A stretch of 44,205 nt of DNA from an uncultured Elusimicrobia bacterium (GCA_964521665.1 CAZFSG010000007.1:1-44205); one strand, 5' to 3'; positions 26,849-36,951 are shown, numbered from the stretch's first letter. The notes: generated from the sequence alone by a model not told the origin. A program made the numbers and translations.

Positions 26849-28228
26849 ATGTTTGATAACAAAAAAATATTATTACCAGAAAAAGAGATGCCTGTTGCAT
26901 GGTATAATATCTTACCTGATTTGCCAGAACAGCTACCACCACCGATTAATCCTGCTACTGGTAAACCTGTTGAACCAAAAGATTTATCTGTTATATTCCC
27001 TATGGAGTTGATAAAACAAGAAGTATCTAATGAAAAATGGATTGAGATACCACAGGAAGTTTTAGATGTATATAAACTTTGGAGACCAACACCATTAGTT
27101 CGTGCATACGAATTAGAAAAATATCTTAAGACACCAGCAAGGATTTATTATAAAAATGAAAGTGTCTCACCAACAGGTTCTCATAAACCAAACACTGCTG
27201 TTGCACAAGCATATTATAACAAAATTGAAGGTATAAAAAGATTAACTACAGAAACAGGTGCAGGTCAATGGGGTTCTGCATTAGCATTCGCATGTAATAT
27301 CTTTGGATTAAAATGCACTATTTATATGGTAAAGGTAAGTTATCATCAAAAACCGTTCAGAAGATCTTTGATGCATGTATGGGGAGCAGATGTTCATCCA
27401 TCACCTACAAATCTTACTAATGCTGGCAGAAAAATACTTGAAGTTGACCCTGACTCACCTGGATCGTTAGGTATTGCAATATCTGAAGCTGTTGAGGATG
27501 CTGCTACACATCAAGATACAAATTATTCTTTAGGAAGTGTATTAAACCATGTTTTGTTACATCAAACAATCATTGGTCTTGAGACAAAAAAACAGTTAGA
27601 ACTTGTTGGTGAGAAAAATCCTGATGTGTTAATAGGTTGTGTTGGTGGTGGAAGTAACTTTGGAGGTTTTATAATACCTTTTGTTCCTGATAAACTTAAT
27701 GGTAAAACAGAAACAAAATTTCTTGCAGTAGAACCAACTGCTTGTCCATCACTTACAAAAGGGTTGTATCTATATGATTTTGGTGATACTGTTGGTTTGA
27801 CGCCGCTTTTGAAGATGTATACTTTAGGACATAATTTTGTACCTCCGAAGATTCATGCAGGTGGGTTACGTTACCATGGTGATGCACCAATTGTATGTTA
27901 TTTAGTTTATAAAAAAATAGTAGATGCAGTTGCATATCCTCAGAAAGCAGTTTTTGATGCAGCAGTAATTTTTGCTAAAACTGAAGGGATTCTCCCTGCA
28001 CCTGAGACTGCTCATGCTGTGAAAGCTGCAATTGATGAAGCAATAAAATGTAGAGAAACTGGTGAAGAAAAATGTATTGTATTTAATTTTAGTGGTCATG
28101 GATTTTTTGATATGTCAGCGTACGATTTATATTTTGAAGGTAAACTTGAAGATTTTGAATATCCTGAAGAAGAAATTAAAAAAACATTGGATGAAATTAA
28201 AAAATTACCTGTTAACAAAGAGGGGTAA
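26849..28228 (+). CDS. trpB2: TrpB2-type tryptophan synthase beta-like PLP enzyme
   Basis: Long N-terminal extension, PLP-lysine block [32 protein letters not shown], and GLRYHGDAP. No other trp genes are nearby. Confidence 0.85.
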   Translation: MFDNKKILLPEKEMPVAWYNILPDLPEQLPPPINPATGKPVEPKDLSVIFPMELIKQEVSNEKWIEIPQEVLDVYKLWRPTPLVRAYELEKYLKTPARIYYKNESVSPTGSHKPNTAVAQAYYNKIEGIKRLTTETGAGQWGSALAFACNIFGLKCTIYMVKVSYHQKPFRRSLMHVWGADVHPSPTNLTNAGRKILEVDPDSPGSLGIAISEAVEDAATHQDTNYSLGSVLNHVLLHQTIIGLETKKQLELVGEKNPDVLIGCVGGGSNFGGFIIPFVPDKLNGKTETKFLAVEPTACPSLTKGLYLYDFGDTVGLTPLLKMYTLGHNFVPPKIHAGGLRYHGDAPIVCYLVYKKIVDAVAYPQKAVFDAAVIFAKTEGILPAPETAHAVKAAIDEAIKCRETGEEKCIVFNFSGHGFFDMSAYDLYFEGKLEDFEYPEEEIKKTLDEIKKLPVNKEG

Positions 28229-28234
28229 TTTTTT

Positions 28235-28771
28235 ATGATTAAAAAACAAATTAAAAATGTAATAATAGAAATTGTACAAGGAGATATAACAAAACAACCA
28301 GATATAGATGCGATTGTGAACGCAGCAAATGCGTATCTAAAACCAGGTGGTGGTGTCGCAGGAGCTATACATCGTGCTGCTGGCCCTGAACTTGAAAAGG
28401 AATGTAGAAAATATGCTCCTATAAAAGTTGGTCAAGCAGTAATCACAAACGCATATAATTTGCCAAATAAATATGTTATCCATTGTTTAGGACCAAGATA
28501 TGGAATTGATAAACCTGAAGATAAACTACTTGCTGACTGTTACATAAACGCGTTGAATCTTGCGGAAGAAAACAAAATTTCATCAATTGCTTTCCCTGCA
28601 ATATCTACAGGTGCGTTCGGCTATCCTATAAAAGAAGCAACAAAAGTTGTTTTTGATACAATAAGAACAATTTTGCCAAAGTTGAATTATGTTAAAAAAA
28701 TAAGGTTTGTACTTTTTTCTAAAGAAGATTACGATATATATGTTTCGTATATAAATGAGGTTTTGGGTTAA
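28235..28771 (+). CDS. Macro domain protein (ADP-ribose / O-acetyl-ADP-ribose hydrolase type)
   Basis: GDITKQPDIDAIVNAANAYLKPGGGVAGAIHRAAG and SIAFPAISTGAFGYP are the classic macro-domain blocks. Confidence 0.85.
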   Translation: MIKKQIKNVIIEIVQGDITKQPDIDAIVNAANAYLKPGGGVAGAIHRAAGPELEKECRKYAPIKVGQAVITNAYNLPNKYVIHCLGPRYGIDKPEDKLLADCYINALNLAEENKISSIAFPAISTGAFGYPIKEATKVVFDTIRTILPKLNYVKKIRFVLFSKEDYDIYVSYINEVLG

Positions 28772-28819
28772 AGATAATTCAAAAATAAATTTCACATTTA
28801 TAGCTTTTCTATTTTTTTG

Positions 28820-28839
28820 TTAACTGACCTATTAGTCAA
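28820..28839. promoter_or_regulatory. Operator-like site 1 (degenerate copy) upstream of TetR efflux operon
   Basis: TTAACTGAC-CT-ATTAGTCAA. The left half-site is identical to site 2 and the right half is imperfect. Confidence 0.5.
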
Positions 28840-28859
28840 AAAAAATTTTTAGTGAACTC

Positions 28860-28888
28860 TTGACAAAAAAATTTTTGTTTTGTAAAAT
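28860..28888 (+). promoter_or_regulatory. Sigma-70-type promoter of the tetR-tolC-mfp-rnd operon
   Basis: TTGACA (28860-28865), a 17-nt spacer, then TAAAAT (28883-28888), counted directly. Confidence 0.65.
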
Positions 28889-28908
28889 TTAACTGACTGG
28901 TCAGTTAA
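28889..28908. promoter_or_regulatory. Operator site 2: palindrome abutting the -10 element
   Basis: TTAACTGAC-TG-GTCAGTTAA has perfect 9-bp inverted arms. It starts at the base immediately after the -10 hexamer. Confidence 0.7.
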
Positions 28909-28937
28909 GGTGATGAAATTGATTGTTTAAATTAATA

Positions 28938-28957
28938 TTGACTGACCAATCAGTTAA
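28938..28957. promoter_or_regulatory. Operator site 3 between promoter and tetR start
   Basis: TTGACTGAC-CA-ATCAGTTAA has one change per arm relative to site 2. It ends 16 nt before the ATG at 28974. Confidence 0.65.
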
Positions 28958-28973
28958 ATGGAGGTAAAAAATT

Positions 28974-29609
28974 ATGCATCAAGAAAAAGAAACTTATAAC
29001 AAAATAATTCAAGCAGGTAAAGAAATTTTAAATAAAAAGGACTATCATGAAACAGTTGTTGAAGAGATAGCACAACTTGCAGGTGTTGCTAAAGGAACTA
29101 TATTTTTTTATTTCAAGACCAAAGAAGGGCTTTTTAGAGAGATTCTTTTATCTTTACTTAGTGAGTTAGAAGAAGAAATTAACAAAATTCTTGAAGATAT
29201 TAAATTACAAGCATTAAAAAAATTGAAAAAAGTTTATGATACCTATATTGATTTTCAAATTAAGAACATGAATTTGTTCATAGCAATAAGAAAAGAACTT
29301 GCAAAAGAAGAAGCGATTCCTAAAATTGAGGAAATAAAAGAAAAATTACAAAAATTAGCTCAAAAATTGTTACCTGTTATTGAAGAAATGTTTAAAAAAG
29401 GACTTATTAAAAGATTTGACCCATCAGTAGAATTAGTTGAAGTTGTACCTTCTATGCTTTTAGCATATGCTTCTGCTGTATCTTCAATGGTTTACTTTTA
29501 TAAAGATAAAATTGATAAACTTAAAGAAATTTTTTGGCAGATACTTCTACATGGTATTTTAAACGAAGATGTTTCTATAAACATGTTGATTTTTAGCGAG
29601 GAGAAGTAA
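28974..29609 (+). CDS. TetR/AcrR family transcriptional regulator
   Basis: N-terminal HTH block TVVEEIAQLAGVAKGTIFFYFKTKEGLF. Confidence 0.9.
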   Translation: MHQEKETYNKIIQAGKEILNKKDYHETVVEEIAQLAGVAKGTIFFYFKTKEGLFREILLSLLSELEEEINKILEDIKLQALKKLKKVYDTYIDFQIKNMNLFIAIRKELAKEEAIPKIEEIKEKLQKLAQKLLPVIEEMFKKGLIKRFDPSVELVEVVPSMLLAYASAVSSMVYFYKDKIDKLKEIFWQILLHGILNEDVSINMLIFSEEK

Positions 29610-29611
29610 AT

Positions 29612-30937
29612 ATGAAAAGGATAAAAAAATTGTTTTTAGTTACATTAGTTTTACATTCAGCAGTGTTTTCTAAAGAACTAACATATGAAGAAGCAAAAAA
29701 GATTTTGTTAACAAACAATTTAGAAATAAAACAAGCAGAATCAAAAGTTTTACAAGCAAAATATAAACAATTAGAAATGGTTTCACCGTGGATACCTAAA
29801 TTGTCGTCAAGTTTTAGATACACAATGTTATCTCGGCCACAACTTGATTTGTCGTCCCTTCCACCACTACAAAGACAACTTTTTGGAAGTTCATTCCCAC
29901 CGACTTTGACTTCTGATAAACTTTATGTTGCAAATATCTCTATTTCTGAAGTTGTTCCTCTTGATAAGTTCGTTTATTCATATAATATTGCTTCTATACA
30001 GTATGAAATCAGTAAAAAAGAATATGAAAAAACAAAACGCGATGTTATTATAAAATTTAAAGAAAGTTTTTTGAAGACACTGTTAGCAAAAAAGTCTGTT
30101 GAAGTTATAGAAAAAGCAGTTGAGATTAGTTCTGAAAACTACAAAGTTTCTGAAAGTTTGTATAAAGAAGGAAGGGTTTCTTATTTAGATTTTTCTTCAG
30201 CAAAAATAAATTATCTTAATTCAAAACTTAATCTTTTTAAGATACAAAATAACTACAAACTTGCAAAAGAAAGTTTAAAAACAATACTTTGTGTTGATTA
30301 TGATGTAGATGTTGTGGGTGAACTTGAAGATTTTTTAAATGATGAAACAGAAAATTTATTAGAAAAAAAATTTGACTATGATGAACTTAAAAAGAACATT
30401 GTATTTTTACCTGAAATAACAATGTTAGAACTACAGAAAAGAATTTTGAAAAATAATTTGAATTTGGTAAGAAGTGAACTTATACCATCTATTGTTGTTT
30501 CTGGCAGTTATGATTGGACTGTAGATAACTATACTCGTCCAATTGATGAATGGGATGATAGATATAGCTGGAGTATAATATTAAACATACCTTTATTTAA
30601 TGGTGGAGCAACTTTTGCAAAGTATAAACAAGTAAAAGAAAGTATAAAACAAATAGAATTTTCAAAACAACAAGCAAAAGATTACTTTAATTTAGAACTT
30701 ACATCTTTATATTCAACATATTTACAACTTAAAGATTCTTTATTAGTTGCGCAGGAGATGTTTCAACAAGCAAAAGAAAATTATGATGTTGCAAAAAGTT
30801 ATTATTTAGAAGGAAGGAGCTCTTATTTAGAACTACTTCAAGCAGAACTTAATTTTTCAAATACGAAGATAAACTATTATCAAACATTGTGTGATTATAT
30901 TATAACTTGTGAAAAGATGAAGAAGTATGTTAGGTAA
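29612..30937 (+). CDS. TolC-family outer membrane efflux protein
   Basis: Signal peptide and two-fold repeated coiled-coil/beta pattern (LTYEEAKKILLTNNLEIKQAE...; ...YLELLQAELNFSNTKINYYQ). Sits in the operon with MFP and RND genes. Confidence 0.8.
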   Translation: MKRIKKLFLVTLVLHSAVFSKELTYEEAKKILLTNNLEIKQAESKVLQAKYKQLEMVSPWIPKLSSSFRYTMLSRPQLDLSSLPPLQRQLFGSSFPPTLTSDKLYVANISISEVVPLDKFVYSYNIASIQYEISKKEYEKTKRDVIIKFKESFLKTLLAKKSVEVIEKAVEISSENYKVSESLYKEGRVSYLDFSSAKINYLNSKLNLFKIQNNYKLAKESLKTILCVDYDVDVVGELEDFLNDETENLLEKKFDYDELKKNIVFLPEITMLELQKRILKNNLNLVRSELIPSIVVSGSYDWTVDNYTRPIDEWDDRYSWSIILNIPLFNGGATFAKYKQVKESIKQIEFSKQQAKDYFNLELTSLYSTYLQLKDSLLVAQEMFQQAKENYDVAKSYYLEGRSSYLELLQAELNFSNTKINYYQTLCDYIITCEKMKKYVR

Positions 30938-31011
30938 TGATATGAAATATGTGTAAATATGCAAAATAAATGTATAAAATTTCTATAAAGTGGAAGGAGG
31001 CTTAGGGTTAT

Positions 31012-31908
31012 ATGAAAAGAAAGATTGTTTTATCAATAATAATTATTGCAATAGTCGCTTTTGGTATTTACAGAATCTTTGAAGCAGTACATAAAAGAAA
31101 AGTATCAAAAGAGTTATCAAAAAAAGAGACAGAGTTGGTTTATACTGTAAAAGTTAAACAAGCAGGATATAAAACTATAGCTGATAGTATAAATTTTGTT
31201 GGTGAGATTAAAGGAATAAACGAGGTAACCGTTGTGCCAAAAGTGGTTGGAAGATTAGTTAAAAAAATAAAAGAGGAAGGAAGTTATGTTAAAAAGGATG
31301 AAGTGATCTGTGAAATAGACAGAGACGAACCTGTGTTGAAGTTTACATTGTATGAACTTAAATCACCAATAGATGGTATTGTAGCAAAATATTATGTAGA
31401 TGTAGGTGGTATGGTGTCGCAACAGACACCAGTGTGTATAATAAGTGATATTAGTAAAGTAAGATTAGTATTTAGTATTGCTGAAACTGTTGTGAATAAA
31501 ATTCAAAAAAATTCCTATATAAAGTTTACTTTAGATAGCGAAACTTTTGTATCAAAAAATTTACAACTTTCAAATTATATAGATCCAGTTTCTCGTTCTA
31601 TGGAAGTAAGAGTAGTTTTGGACAACCCAAATGGTGTTTTTAAATCAGGCAGTTTTGTTAAAGGTGAACTTGTTTTTTATGAAAAGAATGCTTTGGTTGT
31701 ACCTTCAGAAGCAATTCTTGAGGTTGACAACAAAAAAGTTGTTTATGTAGTAAAAGAAGATAAAACTGTTGAAGAAAGAGAAGTAAAAATTGGTTTAAGA
31801 TATAAGGATTATACTGAAATTTTGTACGGTGTGAAACAAAATGAATTAGTTGTGTATCAAGGTGGCGAAATTTTATCTAATGGTATGAAAGTAGAAATAA
31901 TTGAATAA
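31012..31908 (+). CDS. Efflux RND transporter periplasmic adaptor (MFP/HlyD family)
   Basis: N-terminal TM anchor, lipoyl-like hairpin LKSPIDGIVAKYYVDVGGMV, and a beta-barrel C-terminus. Position is between the TolC-like and RND genes. Confidence 0.85.
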   Translation: MKRKIVLSIIIIAIVAFGIYRIFEAVHKRKVSKELSKKETELVYTVKVKQAGYKTIADSINFVGEIKGINEVTVVPKVVGRLVKKIKEEGSYVKKDEVICEIDRDEPVLKFTLYELKSPIDGIVAKYYVDVGGMVSQQTPVCIISDISKVRLVFSIAETVVNKIQKNSYIKFTLDSETFVSKNLQLSNYIDPVSRSMEVRVVLDNPNGVFKSGSFVKGELVFYEKNALVVPSEAILEVDNKKVVYVVKEDKTVEEREVKIGLRYKDYTEILYGVKQNELVVYQGGEILSNGMKVEIIE

Positions 31909-32015
31909 TAGTTTGATGTGTGGATGATGTGTAGATAAGTAAGAAAATGTGCTGACATGATATATAAAACAAAGCCATTCAACTTATCACATAAACACAT
32001 TAACTGGAGGCTTTT

Positions 32016-35000
32016 ATGAAAATTACAGAAATAGCAGTTAAAAGACCTGTTGCAACAATTGTAGTTTATACTTTTATTGTTATAACTTCACTTATTGCAT
32101 TATTTAAACTTCCTATAGATATATTTCCTGAAATGGAGATGCCTGTTTTAACTGTGGTTACGACATATCCTCAAGCAACTGCGTTGGATGTTGAAGAAAA
32201 AGTTACAAAAATTATTGAGAATGCGGTTGCTTCTGTTCCAGGTATTGACACGGTTGAGTCAAGGTCGCAAGAAAATGTTTCTGTTGTTATTGCAAAATTC
32301 AAATGGGGTACTGACATAGATGCAAAAGCGTCTGATTTAAGGGACTTGCTTGAACTTACAAAGATGGCTTTACCTGAAGATGCAGATAAACCAAGAATTA
32401 TAAAATTTGATCCTTCAATGATGCCTGTGATGTTTATATCTGTTACTTCTGATAAACCCATAAAGGATTTAAGATACATTGTAGACAAAAAAATTGTTGA
32501 TGAAATTAAAAAAGTTGATGGTGTAGCAGGAGCGATACTTCGTGGGGGTGATCAAAAAGAAGTTTCTGTAATTTTAGACCCACAAAAATTAGCATTTTAT
32601 AGGTTAACAGTTCAGCAGGTTATCTCTTCTATACAACAAGAAAATGTTGAAGTACCAATAGGTGAGGTTTATGAAGGATATAAGAAGTATTCAATAAGAA
32701 TACCAATGAAGTTTGAAAACATATTAGAGATCAATAATCTTATAGTAGGAAACTTTATGGGGAAACCTGTGTATTTGTATCAGGTTGGGAAAGTCGAAGA
32801 TTCTTATACTGACAGAATTGGTGAGACAACTGTGAACGGTAGAGATTCATTGTTATTAATGATAAGAAAAAAAGCGCAGACAAACACTGTTGCAGTATGT
32901 AGTGCGATAAACAAAAAATTAGATGAATTAAGAAAAAATTTCCCGCAACTTAAAATTAATGTTATAATGGATTCCTCAGATTATATTTTAAAAGTTGTAA
33001 AAAATTTAAGAGATACAATTCTACTCGGTGGAGTTCTTGTGATACTGACAGTTTTATTCTTCTTAGGAGACATTATTCCCGCATTTATTATTGTTTTGCA
33101 AATACCCATTTCATTAATCTTAGCATTTTTGTTTTTATATCTATTTGGTTATACAATAAATATGGTTTCACTTATGAGTTTATCTTTAGCAATAGGTATG
33201 GTTGTAGATAATTCTATTGTTATAGTTGACCATATTTTAAGACATATAAGTTGGGGAAAAAAATCAGTTCAAGCAGCAGTTGATGCACCTAAAGAAGTTG
33301 CAGGTGCTATAACTGCATCAACTTTAACTACAATTGTAGTTTTTATCCCATTATTATTCGTAAGTGGTTTGATACCATTACTTTTTAAACAATTAGCAGT
33401 TGCAGTTATTGTGACATTGTTTGCTTCATTGGCAATAAGTTTGACATTATCACCAATGGTTGCATCAAGATTGTGTTCAGAAAAAGAGTGTGAGAAAAAA
33501 GGTGTTATATTTATTTCAAAAATAGTAGAAAAAATAGAAAATTTTTATGAAGATATTATAAATTGGGCATTGGGACATAGAAAAACAACATTATTTGGTT
33601 TCTTAAGTGCATTTTTAATTTCTTTATTTATATTTATATTTTTCACAGGGAAAGAATTTATACCTAAGAGTGACGAACGTATTGTTAACATAAATTTTGA
33701 GACATCAAAAGGCATGCGTGTTGAAGAAACATTTAAAATTGCAAGACAAATAGAACAAGAAATTTTTAAAGTTGTACCACAAAAATATTGTAATGCTGTT
33801 CTAATACGTTGTGGTGAAAGTACGATGAAAGGATTCTCAGCTATTTTGGGTCAACAGGAAGCATCTAACAGTGGTTCTATTATGCTTTCTTTAGTAGATA
33901 AAGAATTTAGAGATAAAACTTCAATTGAAATTGCAGAAATTTTAAGAAGGAATTTAAGAAAAATTCCTGGGATAATAAAACTTGAAACATCAGCACAATC
34001 TACTGCATCATCAACATTGTTAGGTGGCACTGGTAAAGCAGTATCAATTGAACTTCGTGGAAATAATTTAGATGAAAGTTTAAGAATTGCTAATGAAATA
34101 AAAGATAAACTACAAAAAATTGATGGTATAAGAGATACAACAATAAGTTTAGAAGAAGGAAGTTACCAAATTATTGTAAAACTTGATAGAGAAAAAGTTA
34201 AGATGTTAGGAATTTCTTCAGGATACATAGCAGATACATTAAGAAAAACATTTTATGGTTATACTGCATCACAATATACACCACCTGCAGGTGGTATTGT
34301 TGATACTTCTTATGATATTTTTGTCAAAGTTAGCAGAGATTACAAAAACGATATAAAAAACTTAACTGATTTACCGATTGTTTTACCCGCAGGTAAAGTA
34401 ATACCATTACACAATATAGCAACTTTTGAACGAACAGTTGCTCCAAAAGAAATTCAAAGAAAAGATGGTGTAAGAGTAGTAAAAATTGAAGCAGATACTT
34501 ACGGTAGAGCATTAAGTAAAATTAAACATGACATTGACAATATGCTTAAAACGATAAAACTACCTTATGGCTATAGCATAAAATTTGGTGGTGAAATAGA
34601 ACAACAAGTGTCTACCTTCCGCGATTTAACATTGATGTTATTCTTAGGTATTTTACTTGTATATTTGATAATGGCAGCACAGTTTGAAGATTTTTTAGAT
34701 CCATTTATAATTATGTTTTCGGTACCATTTGCAGTGGTCGGTGTTTTAATAGGTATATTTCTATGGGGGCAAAATTTTAATATAATGAGTTTCGTGGGAC
34801 TACTCTTACTTGTAGGTATTGTTGTAAACAACGCCATTGTTTTAGTTGATTATATAAAACTTTTAAGGTCAAGAGGATTACAACTACTTGAAGCAGTAAA
34901 ACAAGCCTCTAAAACACGCCTTAAACCTATCCTTATGACTGCTATAACAACTATATTAGGTACTCTTCCTATGGCTTTATCTCATGGTAGTGGTGCTGAA

Positions 35001-35117
35001 TATTTCTCATCAATGGGTGTGGCAATTGTTTCAGGACTTACATTTTCAACTTTTATAACTTTAATCTTTGTCCCAACACTTTATACTGTGATACATTCAA
35101 GAAGGGAAAGTAATTAA
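32016..35117 (+). CDS. RND efflux permease (AcrB/AcrD/AcrF superfamily)
   Basis: 1033 aa with 12-TM two-fold architecture. Starts ...AVKRPVATIVVY. Contains blocks SLAIGMVVDNSIVIVD and GIVVNNAIVLVDY. Confidence 0.95.
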   Translation: MKITEIAVKRPVATIVVYTFIVITSLIALFKLPIDIFPEMEMPVLTVVTTYPQATALDVEEKVTKIIENAVASVPGIDTVESRSQENVSVVIAKFKWGTDIDAKASDLRDLLELTKMALPEDADKPRIIKFDPSMMPVMFISVTSDKPIKDLRYIVDKKIVDEIKKVDGVAGAILRGGDQKEVSVILDPQKLAFYRLTVQQVISSIQQENVEVPIGEVYEGYKKYSIRIPMKFENILEINNLIVGNFMGKPVYLYQVGKVEDSYTDRIGETTVNGRDSLLLMIRKKAQTNTVAVCSAINKKLDELRKNFPQLKINVIMDSSDYILKVVKNLRDTILLGGVLVILTVLFFLGDIIPAFIIVLQIPISLILAFLFLYLFGYTINMVSLMSLSLAIGMVVDNSIVIVDHILRHISWGKKSVQAAVDAPKEVAGAITASTLTTIVVFIPLLFVSGLIPLLFKQLAVAVIVTLFASLAISLTLSPMVASRLCSEKECEKKGVIFISKIVEKIENFYEDIINWALGHRKTTLFGFLSAFLISLFIFIFFTGKEFIPKSDERIVNINFETSKGMRVEETFKIARQIEQEIFKVVPQKYCNAVLIRCGESTMKGFSAILGQQEASNSGSIMLSLVDKEFRDKTSIEIAEILRRNLRKIPGIIKLETSAQSTASSTLLGGTGKAVSIELRGNNLDESLRIANEIKDKLQKIDGIRDTTISLEEGSYQIIVKLDREKVKMLGISSGYIADTLRKTFYGYTASQYTPPAGGIVDTSYDIFVKVSRDYKNDIKNLTDLPIVLPAGKVIPLHNIATFERTVAPKEIQRKDGVRVVKIEADTYGRALSKIKHDIDNMLKTIKLPYGYSIKFGGEIEQQVSTFRDLTLMLFLGILLVYLIMAAQFEDFLDPFIIMFSVPFAVVGVLIGIFLWGQNFNIMSFVGLLLLVGIVVNNAIVLVDYIKLLRSRGLQLLEAVKQASKTRLKPILMTAITTILGTLPMALSHGSGAEYFSSMGVAIVSGLTFSTFITLIFVPTLYTVIHSRRESN

Positions 35118-35150
35118 AAATGTAGCAATCTTAGTGTGGAACAATAAAAA

Positions 35151-36272
35151 ATGAAAAGCAAAAACTTTATTTCAATATTTATTCCTGTATATAAAGAGCC
35201 AAAATTGTTAGAAGATATTATAGAGAAAATACTTGATAATAATTATAAAGAGAAAGAAATTTTAGTAGGTGTTGATGGCGAAGTTACTTCTGAACTAAGA
35301 AATATAATAGATAAATATTCAGATAAAATTTTTATTTATTCTAACGGTACTAGGCAAGGTAAACCAAAGTTGTTAAATTATTTAAGCAGTCTTGCTCAAG
35401 GTGATTTTTTTTTATTTTTAGATAATGATGTTGAACTTCCAAGAGATAAAAATTTTTTAAGTAAGTTAAACGATTTGTTAACTAAATATGATATTGTTGA
35501 GTTGCCAAAAGAGGCTATTATTGGCAATTTCTTCTCAAGATTGATAAGTTATGACTTTTTAATTTCTGCAGTGCTTTGTTATATTGTTTCTAAATTTTTT
35601 AAAACAAATTTATTTTTAAGTGGTGCAGCATTTGGTATTAAAAAAGAGGTGTTTGAAGAAATAGGTAAGTTTTCTGAAGTAATTAATGAAGATTGGGATT
35701 TGATGTTAAAAGCCTTTAGGTTGAGAAAAAAATACTTTTTTGCAATTGAGCTTAAAGTTAAGACAGTTGTACCTTCGAATTTGAAAGAATGGGTGAGACA
35801 AAGAATTAGATGGTCGTTAGGAATAAAATATTGGTGGAAGCAAGTTCTTAAAGATATAAAACAGTTTATAAGAGGTTTGCCAATAATATTTAATATAATT
35901 TTATTTTGTTGTGCTCCTATAATTCTTGGCTTAATAATCAAAGAATTTAATTTTTTTAGTAAGTTTATTCCAACTTTTATTATTTTGTCACATCAATTAA
36001 GTGGAAATTTAGGGATTGCATCTTTTGTTTACCTTTTATCAATTTTAGTATTGCTTTTGCAAGGTGTTTTTCCATTTCTTTTTTCTTTGTTTATCTCTTC
36101 AGCTACATTTTATCTTTTCTCAAAATTTTTAAAATTTAGGTTTAATTTTAAAGAATATTTTATATATTCTTTGTTCTACTTTCCTGTTATAATACCTTTT
36201 TATTTTGTTTGTTTTATGTTTGAAAAAACTTTTTTGAAACCATTTGTTGCATTGATAGATTGGAGAAGTTAA
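35151..36272 (+). CDS. Processive family 2 glycosyltransferase (synthase type) with C-terminal TM bundle
   Basis: SIFIPVYKE start, DNDVELP, an acidic EDWDL motif, and the processive-synthase motif QRIRWSLG (QxxRW), followed by several TM helices. Confidence 0.8.
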   Translation: MKSKNFISIFIPVYKEPKLLEDIIEKILDNNYKEKEILVGVDGEVTSELRNIIDKYSDKIFIYSNGTRQGKPKLLNYLSSLAQGDFFLFLDNDVELPRDKNFLSKLNDLLTKYDIVELPKEAIIGNFFSRLISYDFLISAVLCYIVSKFFKTNLFLSGAAFGIKKEVFEEIGKFSEVINEDWDLMLKAFRLRKKYFFAIELKVKTVVPSNLKEWVRQRIRWSLGIKYWWKQVLKDIKQFIRGLPIIFNIILFCCAPIILGLIIKEFNFFSKFIPTFIILSHQLSGNLGIASFVYLLSILVLLLQGVFPFLFSLFISSATFYLFSKFLKFRFNFKEYFIYSLFYFPVIIPFYFVCFMFEKTFLKPFVALIDWRS

Positions 36273-36291
36273 TTCTTAGAAAAAGAATCCA

Positions 36292-36951
36292 TCAAATTCC
36301 TAAAGTTTTAACAAGTTCTTCTCTTATATTTTCAAGTAAGTTATTGTCATATTCATACTTTATTGTCTCTTTGTATCCCTTAATCAATTTCACAGTTCTT
36401 GCGGTAATTTTTCCAACATTTATAGCATCCATTAAAGCTTTATTATCATATATAGCTTTTTTTGCTTGATGAGAGTATGCCATCGCCCATGGTGGGATAA
36501 TTGCACCCATACTATTAAAAACTGTAAGTATATATGAAATAGTTGAAACTACTCCACCATCAGCACCAACAGCTATTGCAGAAACAACCTTATTTTCTAC
36601 ATAACTCTGTTCTCCATATGTTATCATATGTTCCAAAGAAGTTATCCTTTCAATCAAAGCTTTTAACGGAGACGAAACACTAAACCAATATGTTGGAGTA
36701 GCAAAAATAATACCATCAGAATAATATATTTTTTCAAGTAATACTTTGCCAAAGTCATCAAATATACAAGGAAACTTACAATTTGGTTCACCATCATTTA
36801 TACATCCTATGCAGCTTTTTATTTCACCGTCATATAAACATGTTAATTCTGTTTCACATCCTTCTAAAGAAGCTGCTTTCAATGCTGCTTGTAAAAGCTG
36901 TGCAGATCCACCATTTTTATGGGGAGATGCGAGAATTCCTAATATTTTCAT
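36292..36951 (-). CDS. Flavodoxin-fold NAD(P)H-dependent FMN reductase / iron-sulfur flavoprotein-like protein
   Basis: MKILGILASPHKNGGSAQ N-terminus, Cys cluster CIGCINDGEPNCKFPC, and GIIFATPTYWFSVS. I prefer the ATG at 36951 (AAGGAGG 8 nt upstream on the - strand) over the tracked start at 37071. Confidence 0.75.
   Translation of the reverse strand: MKILGILASPHKNGGSAQLLQAALKAASLEGCETELTCLYDGEIKSCIGCINDGEPNCKFPCIFDDFGKVLLEKIYYSDGIIFATPTYWFSVSSPLKALIERITSLEHMITYGEQSYVENKVVSAIAVGADGGVVSTISYILTVFNSMGAIIPPWAMAYSHQAKKAIYDNKALMDAINVGKITARTVKLIKGYKETIKYEYDNNLLENIREELVKTLGI

Noticed and set aside
31909-32015. DnaA-box-like 9-mers (TGTGGATGA, TGTAGATAA, TTATCACAT) between the MFP and RND genes, a possible origin
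   Set aside because: Each deviates from TTATCCACA. The gap is only 107 bp and lies inside an efflux operon. There is no dnaA/dnaN context and no AT-rich unwinding repeats. Most likely chance in AT-rich DNA.
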